10,048 bases of DNA from Promethearchaeota archaeon (GTDB lineage Archaea; Asgardarchaeota; Hermodarchaeia; Hermodarchaeales; Hermodarchaeaceae), in contig JBHLPR010000069.1 in assembly GCA_048939245.1 (NCBI GenBank), positions 1,653 through 11,700 of the forward strand, given 5' to 3'. Each line of letters begins with the position of its first letter. The first letter of the stretch is position 1. This document shows positions 1-7,119 of the stretch, piece after piece. The translations under genes were made by a program, and so were the position numbers. A model generated the notes under the pieces. The model made no database searches. It had not been told where the DNA came from and saw only the letters and a list, made by a program, of their open reading frames with translations.

Positions 1-31
1 AGAGGAGAACATTCGACCAGAGGTAATTAAC

Positions 32-1129
32 ATGGTTCGGGTAATTGGTATTGATCCTGGAACGCGTTCTTTCGATTTTTGTGGATTAGAAGATGGTGAA
101 GTTTTTCTTCAGACCTCAATTACTAGCGTGGAAGTGGCGGATAATCCCCAAAGTATACTTGATGTGATCACCAAGGCACGAAATATCGATTTAGTAGCAG
201 GGCCTTCAGGATACGGTCTTCCCCTGCTTCCCGCCTCGAAGGTTACTGAAAAAGAATTTTTCCAACTTGTGCTAGTCCGCCACGATGATGATAAAATTCC
301 TGTTTTAGAAGCCATCAAAGATATGGTGCGATTAGTTCAGCAAACCGATATCAACATGCTGTTTATCCCGGGAATAATTCATCTGCATTCGGTACCTGCC
401 TGGCGAAAACACAACCGTATAGATCTCGGAACTGCGGATAAACTCTGTTGTGCGATTCTGGGCGTATATGACCAAGCAGGTCGATTGAAAATTCCTTACC
501 AGGAAACAGCATTTGTACTAGTTGAATTGGGCTATGGATATCCAGCAGCCGTCGCTGTTGAGAATGGATTAATCGTGGATGGAGTAGGTGGGACCATTGG
601 TGGTCCAGGGTTTCTCACCCTTGGAGGAATGGATGGAGAACTAGCGTATCTTCTTCGGGGTTTCTCGAAAGGCACCCTATTCCAAGGAGGCGTTTTATCA
701 GCCCTTGATGATCCAAACCTAAGTCCTGAAGCTTTTGCAGAAATTGTCAAGGAAGGTGATAAAAAAGCTCAGGAAGCATGGAATGCCGTTGCGGAAGGAC
801 TCACCAAATCTGTCGCCGCACTAACAATCTCTGTAAAAGAACCACGAGAGATTCTTCTTTCTGGTCGATTAACACGAGTTCCCTTTCTGGTACAAGATCT
901 GACTCACCGAATGGAGCAATTTGGTATTCCCGTGACACGGGTACAACGGTTGGGGCAGCAGTCAAAAGAAGCAGCTCAGGGAGCCGCACTCTTTGCAGAG
1001 GGCTTAGCTGGCGGTCCCGCAGAAACGCTGGTTAAAACAATGCGACTCAAAGAATGCAGTGGAACAGTCCTTGATTGGATAAGTCTCCCTCAAGCGCAAC
1101 AAATCCGGAATATGTACAAAGAAGCCTAA
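32..1129 (+). CDS. DUF1464 family protein (predicted butyrate/acetate kinase-like, ASKHA fold)
   Basis: 365 aa. N-terminal ASKHA phosphate-1-like motif VIGIDPGT, plus GPSGYG, NRIDLGTADK, IVDGVGG, GMDGELAY, LSGR and KEAAQGAA..A.GLAGG, which I recognise as typical of archaeal DUF1464. SD-like GAGGT at 20-24, 7 nt before the ATG. Confidence 0.85.
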   Translation: MVRVIGIDPGTRSFDFCGLEDGEVFLQTSITSVEVADNPQSILDVITKARNIDLVAGPSGYGLPLLPASKVTEKEFFQLVLVRHDDDKIPVLEAIKDMVRLVQQTDINMLFIPGIIHLHSVPAWRKHNRIDLGTADKLCCAILGVYDQAGRLKIPYQETAFVLVELGYGYPAAVAVENGLIVDGVGGTIGGPGFLTLGGMDGELAYLLRGFSKGTLFQGGVLSALDDPNLSPEAFAEIVKEGDKKAQEAWNAVAEGLTKSVAALTISVKEPREILLSGRLTRVPFLVQDLTHRMEQFGIPVTRVQRLGQQSKEAAQGAALFAEGLAGGPAETLVKTMRLKECSGTVLDWISLPQAQQIRNMYKEA

Positions 1130-2121
1130 TCCATAGTAATTCTTGCACCAGAATTATTCACTGCAGAAACGAATACAAGCCCACCAATACCTGCATCTAA
1201 TACTTCCAAGGCTGCTTGTTTCACTTCTGCAGCCTCCTTTGCCCCACGAACAAGTCCGTAACAGGTTGGTCCCCAAGAACTTTGACCTGCTCCTTTTGCA
1301 CCTGCATCAAGCATTGCTTTCACACAGTCATTGACCTCGGGAAAAGCAAATCTACCTCCCTGTGCTGAAGTAAAGGCGTCTCCAACCAGAATTTGAATTT
1401 GCGTTAAAGCCTCTCCAAATCGATCAATTTCATCATTGACCAGAGCCGGAACAAGTTTCATCAACACTAACCGACTTACCATTCCAGCTGATTCAGGACT
1501 AGCGGATGGGAGTTCAAGAAATGCCCGCGCTTCACGAACCCCACTTAGACCCTGAGCCACATTTGGGATAGCTACTACAAAGTTCCAGTCCGTTGGGACA
1601 TCATGGCGGATGATAAGTGGTGGAACTCGTTCAGGTTGCTTATACAATTGGGTAGATATCTTTCCACCGTCTACTACAAACCCACCTGAAGTAAATGTTG
1701 CAGTTCCCACTCCGGAAATAACTCCACGTTCCAGAATTTCTGCGAGAGTACGTGGATTAGTTTCTTTACCGATCAATTTTGTAATGCCTGTACCTATCGC
1801 AAGTCCCAATTGAGTACCCGAACCTAACCCAACATGTTCAGGGATAATTTCCCAGACCGTAACCAGTACTCCATGCGAAACCTCAAAATGTGAAAGGAAG
1901 CGTTTAGCTATTGGATAAACACGTTCTTTGTGTTCTCCGGAAACCGTGATTTCCGAGTTTTGGTGGGTCACTTCAACAACGCAAAGTGGTTGTTCTAATG
2001 AAACACCTAGCGATCCATATTTGCGCCCTAGCCCGCCGTGTAAGTCAATGAACCCCAGATGAAGTCTTGCACTGGCGCGAACCATGACTTTAGCAACAGT
2101 AGGGGATGACATAATGTTCAC
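1126..2121 (-). CDS. mptG: beta-ribofuranosylaminobenzene 5'-phosphate (RFAP/RFHP) synthase, GHMP kinase superfamily
   Basis: Family motifs ARLHLGFIDLHGGLGRKYGSLG, IPEHVGLGSGTQL (GHMP P-loop-like), SGVGTATF..GGFVVDGG and GQSSWGPT. GTG start at 2121 overlaps the upstream stop (GTGA). Alternative ATG at 2112. Confidence 0.93.
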   Translation of the reverse strand: MNIMSSPTVAKVMVRASARLHLGFIDLHGGLGRKYGSLGVSLEQPLCVVEVTHQNSEITVSGEHKERVYPIAKRFLSHFEVSHGVLVTVWEIIPEHVGLGSGTQLGLAIGTGITKLIGKETNPRTLAEILERGVISGVGTATFTSGGFVVDGGKISTQLYKQPERVPPLIIRHDVPTDWNFVVAIPNVAQGLSGVREARAFLELPSASPESAGMVSRLVLMKLVPALVNDEIDRFGEALTQIQILVGDAFTSAQGGRFAFPEVNDCVKAMLDAGAKGAGQSSWGPTCYGLVRGAKEAAEVKQAALEVLDAGIGGLVFVSAVNNSGARITMD

Positions 2122-2792
2122 TTAATCCATTTAGGGAGCAATGATCGTATTCGACGAATAACCTCAGCAGATGGAGATTTTGGAGCGATTCTTTCGACAA
2201 GCTCATGAAGCTGATCAATCTGAAGAGCTAAGCCTTTGGCTCTATTCTGGTCGTTTTTATATAATGCCCGGATTTTTGTGGCATGAATTACAGATTCAAT
2301 AGCAGCACTCCGGCTCCGAGAATACACTAAAGGTGTCTGTGTTAGGAAATCTATGTACTTAACCTCACATAGGAATTCTTTGAACAGATGCATTGATTCA
2401 CCTTTTTTTTCCAGAGTCACTGTTACTTCAAGAACTCCATCCACCCCACGGATTCTTGGTGCGTTAACCACTTTCGATGGTTCAAAGACAACCGCCTCTA
2501 CATCGGAAAGCTCCTGCTTGAATGCCATGGCCAAGAATAACTCGGGATTTTGCGTCAGATTGATCACTGCGTCTGGATTATTTTCGAGATTAAGCGCGGT
2601 TTGAGTTTCTTGGTAAGGTCTGATGAATAGACGGGATCCTTTACCCACCCATACACCCATTGGTGCTGCGTTTGGTTGTTCCTGTTTTGAGAGGGTGCTC
2701 AAAATGGTTTCAACAATCTCGCCTTCAACAAACCCTATTTGGGAAAGCGTCATAGCAAAATCAGAGATGCGAACACCACCACGAAGTTGCAC
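2118..2792 (-). CDS. DUF447 family protein (flavin-binding split-barrel-like, associated with methanopterin clusters)
   Basis: Motifs ETILST..PNAAPMGV, RPYQETQTALNL, AVINLT and a helical C-terminal part SRSAAIESVIHATK. Start uncertain: GTG 2792 or ATG 2753 (MTLSQIGF). Its stop overlaps the mptG start. Confidence 0.85.
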   Translation of the reverse strand: MQLRGGVRISDFAMTLSQIGFVEGEIVETILSTLSKQEQPNAAPMGVWVGKGSRLFIRPYQETQTALNLENNPDAVINLTQNPELFLAMAFKQELSDVEAVVFEPSKVVNAPRIRGVDGVLEVTVTLEKKGESMHLFKEFLCEVKYIDFLTQTPLVYSRSRSAAIESVIHATKIRALYKNDQNRAKGLALQIDQLHELVERIAPKSPSAEVIRRIRSLLPKWIK

Positions 2793-2815
2793 CTATACAC
2801 AAACCTGTAATTCTA

Positions 2816-2832
2816 ACCTTAATGTCTTTTCT
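2816..2832 (-). promoter_or_regulatory. putative BRE/TATA for the DUF447-mptG operon
   Basis: Minus-strand AGAAAAGACATTAAGG about 25-40 nt upstream of GTG 2792. Weak match. Confidence 0.35.
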
Positions 2833-2855
2833 AAACAAGAACACAGTATGTTACC

Positions 2856-2861
2856 AAAAAA
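2856..2861 (-). terminator. possible archaeal oligo-T terminator after the orphan gene
   Basis: T6 on the minus strand, 11 nt after the stop at 2873. Confidence 0.4.
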
Positions 2862-2872
2862 GTCGAGACTGA

Positions 2873-3244
2873 TTAACTTCGAGAAAGCATGGGATTTTCG
2901 ATTGGCCAACCAATTGCATTCAACGCATGTCGCGCTATGTCACGAATGGTTTCCCAAGTAGCATCGGTTTTTAATGTCTCTTCCATCCAATACCGAGTAT
3001 TTTCCGGACCACTGATTTCATCAAGCTTGTGGTTCAAATCTTCTAACAGTTTACGAGCTTTTTGAGGAAAAAAGGCACGCCGTTGCTTCATGACTTGGTA
3101 CCACTGATCAAATTCTATTGCCAATTCATCAACCTTCCAATCAAATCCTGGAAAGAGTTGAAGCTGCACTTCAGCTGGTGCAGCTAAAGCTTGAAGAGAC
3201 CACCGAAAGCGTATCATCGTATAATCCACGAGACCTGCCTCCAC
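2873..3244 (-). CDS. small all-helical hypothetical protein
   Basis: 123 aa (114 aa from ATG 3217) with amphipathic helical pattern (WSLQALAAPAEVQLQLFP, DELAIEFDQW, WETIRDIARHALNAIGWP). It fills the gap between real genes and is followed by a T6 tract on the minus strand. No function recognised. Confidence 0.7.
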   Translation of the reverse strand: MEAGLVDYTMIRFRWSLQALAAPAEVQLQLFPGFDWKVDELAIEFDQWYQVMKQRRAFFPQKARKLLEDLNHKLDEISGPENTRYWMEETLKTDATWETIRDIARHALNAIGWPIENPMLSRS

Positions 3245-3454
3245 CGTCGCATGAATATTAGATTCGGAACTTTATCTAGCCCAATGAATCGTCCGTCGCG
3301 AACAAAGTATTGAGGCAAATCTTCCTTATTACCATAGTGGTAACGAATCTGTCGATTCTTTATTTGACTGTGTGCAAAAACGTACACTATAGCGTATTGA
3401 TACTTCAAAAACTGCTAAGCGTTTTTAACCTCAACTTCAAGTGCATTTTTTTCA

Positions 3455-3479
3455 GAAACTATTAATGAAATCTTTAATT
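3455..3479 (+). promoter_or_regulatory. putative tandem BRE/TATA elements for the mptA-mptE-DHPS-like operon
   Basis: GAAACTATTAAT directly followed by GAAATCTTTAAT: purine-rich BRE-like segment plus AT-rich box, 50-75 nt upstream of ATG 3531. Confidence 0.5.
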
Positions 3480-3530
3480 CAGTAAAAGCTATAGGGTCAC
3501 ATAGACCCCAGTGTGTGGAGCCAATCACTT

Positions 3531-4484
3531 ATGCCCGCTCGAGATGTGCACAAAGACAAACCAGATGTTCAAGTTTCTGTTCGCCGCGTTGGTGTTACAG
3601 GTATCAGGGTTCCAATCCAATTCATCTTTTTTGAAGAACAGCCGGCCATAGTCGTTCCTACCTTTGATGTCTATGTAGATTTACCCGCCTATCAAAAAGG
3701 CATCCACCCTTCCCGAAGTTACGAAGCCACCGTCGAAATCGTTAGCAAACACGCCGAAAAACTCCACCGCCTTGAAGACCTTTGTGTCGACATTGCTCAG
3801 GAACAATTGCTACGTCATGATTACGCTACCGAAGCCGAAGTCCATGCCGCAGCGGATGTAGTATATGCCCGAACCACCCCTAAAACGGCTATACGGACCT
3901 ATGAGTCGTGCACAATGAAGGCCAAAGCCATCGCGATTAGAACTGCCAAAGGGCAAATTCAATTTCGTAAATGGATTGGTGTCACAGTGTCTGGCATCAC
4001 AGCATGTCCTTGTGCTCAAGAAATGCTCCGAGATGGTGTTGAGTCAGAACTTGCAAAGGAACACAGACTCGATTCAATACAGGCTAAACAAATTGTAAAG
4101 AACCTACCGATTGGCAGTCATATGCAACGGAGCTTTGGATCCATCATGGTAGAGATTCCACCAAAATTCCAGGTTGATGCTCTACAGCTGGTGGGTATTG
4201 TAGAAAATGCAATGAGTGCAAGTTCCTTTGAATTATTGAAACGCCTAGATGAAGTTAGTGTGGTTCAAACCGCTTTGGAAAATCCAAAATTTGTAGAAGA
4301 TGCAATCCGCCAATTAGTGAAAAATGTGGTGGAAGCATTTCCCACCCTCCCCGATGAAATGGAACTTGCCTTTGAACAACGAAATGAAGAATGTATTCAT
4401 CGTCATGACTTGGTTGCACAACAGGTCATTACAATGGGAGAAGCCCGACAGCAAATCAATGAAAATGGCAACAATTCTTCTTAG
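3531..4484 (+). CDS. mptA: GTP cyclohydrolase IV MptA (FolE2 / GCH-IB family)
   Basis: Motifs RVGVTGIRVP, VDLP..QKGIHPSR, G.TACPCAQ, SHMQRS, LLKR.DE, NPKFVED and NEECIHRHD. ATG 3531 preferred over GTG 3513 because SD-like GTGGAG lies at 3515-3520. Confidence 0.93.
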   Translation: MPARDVHKDKPDVQVSVRRVGVTGIRVPIQFIFFEEQPAIVVPTFDVYVDLPAYQKGIHPSRSYEATVEIVSKHAEKLHRLEDLCVDIAQEQLLRHDYATEAEVHAAADVVYARTTPKTAIRTYESCTMKAKAIAIRTAKGQIQFRKWIGVTVSGITACPCAQEMLRDGVESELAKEHRLDSIQAKQIVKNLPIGSHMQRSFGSIMVEIPPKFQVDALQLVGIVENAMSASSFELLKRLDEVSVVQTALENPKFVEDAIRQLVKNVVEAFPTLPDEMELAFEQRNEECIHRHDLVAQQVITMGEARQQINENGNNSS

Positions 4485-4522
4485 GGAACAAACTTTTGGG
4501 ATACTCCTCTATAGGAGTTGTG

Positions 4523-5326
4523 GTGTTCGTTTTGAGCCCCATCAATTTGAAAGAATGGTGGCCACGTTATAGTGCCATCGTCGACCAATTCGGGTATAAC
4601 ATGAAAACTGATCAGGAAGCAACTGACCTGCTTAGTGGGTACATCAAAAACGTAGCTATGCCCCTTAGTGAGGCGCAAGATCGAATCGAGGGAAAAAATG
4701 TTCTAGTATGTGGAGCTGGACCATCCATTCTTGATAATTTGGTTGATATCAAAGATTATGGATTGTTAGATGACACGGCAGTCTTTGCAGCTGATGGAGC
4801 GACAACCGCCTGCATGGAGAAAGATATTGTACCGGATTTCGTAATCACAGATCTTGATGGGCGCATGAAAGATATTGTTGCAGCCCAGAAACAAGGGGCA
4901 ATCGTGGTAGTCCATGCTCATGGGGATAATATTCCCAGCTTGAATAACTGGATTCCCCGATTATTGGAAGGCCGAGCCTTGATTGGTTCAACTCAAATAC
5001 GACCCCGACCCGATGTCCATAACTTGGGCGGATTCACCGATGGTGATCGATGTGTATTCTGGGCAGAAGGGCTTCGAGCTGCAACAATCGCGATGGCGGG
5101 AATGGATTTGGGGAATATAATTGGACGTTATTCGAAACCCGAATTAACTCAAGATGTGTTAGCGAGCCCGGAGAAACGGCAAAAGCTTTTGGTTGCCAAG
5201 GAATTATTAGCATGGCTGGCTACTTGGAGCATTAGTACATTATTCAACTTGACCGGCATCTATGCGACCATCCCCGGTATTCCTAATAGAGAAATCTCCA
5301 AGTTTATCTGGGGTAAGGGTAAATAA
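4523..5326 (+). CDS. mptE: 6-hydroxymethyl-7,8-dihydropterin pyrophosphokinase MptE (DUF115 family)
   Basis: Motifs W.P.Y..I...FGY, VCGAGPS, AADGA, PDFVITDLDG, VVHAHGDN, GSTQ, NLGGFTDGDR, AGMD and K..KL..A. The ORF track starts at TTG 4496, but GTG 4523 (SD AGGAG 4513-4517) or TTG 4532 is more likely. Confidence 0.93.
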   Translation: MFVLSPINLKEWWPRYSAIVDQFGYNMKTDQEATDLLSGYIKNVAMPLSEAQDRIEGKNVLVCGAGPSILDNLVDIKDYGLLDDTAVFAADGATTACMEKDIVPDFVITDLDGRMKDIVAAQKQGAIVVVHAHGDNIPSLNNWIPRLLEGRALIGSTQIRPRPDVHNLGGFTDGDRCVFWAEGLRAATIAMAGMDLGNIIGRYSKPELTQDVLASPEKRQKLLVAKELLAWLATWSISTLFNLTGIYATIPGIPNREISKFIWGKGK

Positions 5327-5355
5327 CCCCAATCCAGTTAAGAGGTTCATTTGTA

Positions 5356-6954
5356 ATGAAGATTTTACTTGTAACAGGCAGTTTAGAAGCACCTCATCTG
5401 CGCAAGGTTATTGAAGAGAATCCTTCGTCCTATTCCTTTGATATCCTTGAGTTACCATTGGCCGTTGCGGCGTTTCTCCATCCGAAATATGTGGCTTCTC
5501 AGATCAGACTCCGTGGACCTTTAGAGAAATATGATCTGATTATTCTCCCCGGTATGGTATCCGGCGATGCCAGCATCGTAAGTGACAGTTTAGGTGTTCC
5601 AACATTCAAAGGAACTCGTCATGCAGCAGATTTACCGATTCTTTTTGACATTCTAGCTGATGCGGAGAATCACCTTTCGACAACTCAGCCTGCAGATTTG
5701 GTTTTAGATGAACAACTCAGGAAAAAAGCACAACGTGATTTGGCTAGGTCAAAAAAATTACTGAAAGGAAAATTGCCCAAGGGTTACTTGAAACTGAGAA
5801 GAGGAAGAGAGAGCCTGATTATTGGGCCAAGGTTACCCATGCGGATTATTGCTGAAATCACAGATGCACCAACGCGTACAGAGCAGGAGCTTCTTCGAAT
5901 CGGTCGTCACTTTCTCGCTAGCGGTGCGGACATCATTGATGTTGGCATGGTAGCTGGAGCACCAGAACCAAAGGCAGCAAAAGAAATTGTTAGATTGATG
6001 CGAAAGGAGTTGTCAGCTTTCATTAGCATCGATTCTCTCAACGCTGAAGAGATTGAAGCAGGACTTGAGGGAGGTGCACAGCTAGTGTTGAGTCTGGATC
6101 AGGATAACATGATAGACATTGAGAAGAAATATCGTAAACAGGCGATTTTCACCGTTATTCCAGCTACCAAACAGGGTGCTGAACTGCCTAAGACTGTTGA
6201 AGAGCGTGTTGAGCTTCTCGTTGATAATCTTTCCAATGCCCGAAGCTTGGGCTACAAGAAACTTATTGCTGACCCCCTTTGTGATCCCCTAATTAATCCA
6301 GGACTAACAAAGGCCATTCAAGCGTATGCAAAATTTAGTCATCAACAACCAGATGTTCTACTGCTAATGGGAATTGGAAATATCACTGAATTATTAGATG
6401 CGGACAGTCCAGGAGTCAATGCCCTACTTGCGGGTCTAGCAACAGAACTCAAAGTATCTTTACTCCTTACAACCGAGGTTAGCCCCAAGACGAAAGGATC
6501 CGTTTGGGAGGTCCACAAAGCTGCCCAAATGATGCATCTTGCCCGTCGACGACGAGCAACTCCGAAAGATTTGGGAGTTGACCTCCTCCTTTTAAAACCT
6601 AAACGATTTCCCGAACAACCCTATCAGCCAATCCAAAGCGCTGAGCATCCCCACATCAAAGCGTCTCAGGAACCCAGTACGCATCGTTTGGACAGAGCCG
6701 GATTTTTTACTTTTCATGTTGACAGAGAGCGCTATTTACTAATCGCACGTCATTTCACAGCAGAAAACCGAGACACCCCTTCACTCGAAATTGAGGGTTC
6801 AACGGCACAGCAACTTATTGACACTATAGTGAAACAAGAGCTGGTTAACGAATTAGATCATGCTGCATATATTGGACGAGAATTAACCAGAGCTGAACTC
6901 GCTTTAATTACTGGTCGACCCTATATCCAGGAAGGACCACTCTTTGGGAGATAA
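5356..6954 (+). CDS. archaeal dihydropteroate synthase-like protein (MJ0107/Orf20 type: N-terminal domain + pterin-binding TIM barrel + C-terminal DUF4346)
   Basis: MKILLVTG..., PGMVSGD, KGTRHAADLP; barrel motifs AEITDAP, GADIIDVG, SIDSL, ADP, GNITELLDADSPGVNALL, TTEVS.K..GSV.E, PKDLGVDLL; C-terminal LDRAGFF...DHAAYIGRELTRAELAL..GRPYIQE. SD GAGGT at 5342-5346. Confidence 0.9.
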   Translation: MKILLVTGSLEAPHLRKVIEENPSSYSFDILELPLAVAAFLHPKYVASQIRLRGPLEKYDLIILPGMVSGDASIVSDSLGVPTFKGTRHAADLPILFDILADAENHLSTTQPADLVLDEQLRKKAQRDLARSKKLLKGKLPKGYLKLRRGRESLIIGPRLPMRIIAEITDAPTRTEQELLRIGRHFLASGADIIDVGMVAGAPEPKAAKEIVRLMRKELSAFISIDSLNAEEIEAGLEGGAQLVLSLDQDNMIDIEKKYRKQAIFTVIPATKQGAELPKTVEERVELLVDNLSNARSLGYKKLIADPLCDPLINPGLTKAIQAYAKFSHQQPDVLLLMGIGNITELLDADSPGVNALLAGLATELKVSLLLTTEVSPKTKGSVWEVHKAAQMMHLARRRRATPKDLGVDLLLLKPKRFPEQPYQPIQSAEHPHIKASQEPSTHRLDRAGFFTFHVDRERYLLIARHFTAENRDTPSLEIEGSTAQQLIDTIVKQELVNELDHAAYIGRELTRAELALITGRPYIQEGPLFGR

Positions 6955-6977
6955 AGGTGATTACAAGCAGTTATGGG

Positions 6978-7010
6978 AAAAAAAGATGAGTGGAGGAGAA
7001 CGCCTCCTCC
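6978..7010 (-). terminator. hairpin + oligo-T terminator of the 774-aa gene, between convergent genes
   Basis: Minus strand after the stop: 7 nt, GGAGGAG-gcgtt-CTCCTCC (6992-7010), 7 nt, then T7 (6978-6984). Confidence 0.75.
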
Positions 7011-7017
7011 GTTATGG

Positions 7018-7119
7018 TTATTTTGCTGTTCCGCGACGTTTCATTAGCAAGTATATGACAATGATGACCACAATGATGATGACGCCAGCGACTACAGCGA
7101 TCCACCACCACCATGGAAG
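7018..7119 (-). repeat. conserved C-terminal anchor-coding segment, copy 1 (paired with 9555-9656)
   Basis: Encodes LPWWWWIAVVAGVIIIVVIIVIYLLMKRRGTAK*; 27/33 aa identical to copy 2. Confidence 0.9.

Noticed and set aside
1-31. N-terminal extension or fusion of DUF1464 (frame is open to the window edge)
   Set aside because: ATG 32 has a good SD and matches the usual family N-terminus. The other two frames end in TAA at 24-26 and 28-30, compatible with an upstream gene ending there. It cannot be fully excluded.
109-2961. Short alternative-frame or antisense ORFs (109-318, 532-750, 778-1035, 801-989, 1143-1334, 1610-1813, 2353-2604, 2623-2961)
   Set aside because: They lie within or across well-supported genes and show no recognisable motifs; shadow ORFs.
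3214-3408. 64-aa minus-strand ORF as a real CDS
   Set aside because: TTG start without an SD, no recognisable motif, and overlap with the next gene. Kept only as a possibility under findings.
3810-5235. ORFs 3810-4019, 4324-4572, 4481-4678 and 5050-5235
   Set aside because: They overlap mptA or mptE and have no independent coding evidence.
5309-5331. TGGGGT...ACCCCA inverted repeat across the mptE stop as a terminator
   Set aside because: Short stem, large loop, no adjacent T-tract, and the next gene follows in the same direction with its own SD.
5356-6954. Naming this gene folP or mptH
   Set aside because: The architecture is the MJ0107/Orf20 type, not canonical FolP, and the nomenclature for the archaeal enzyme is ambiguous, so no symbol is given.
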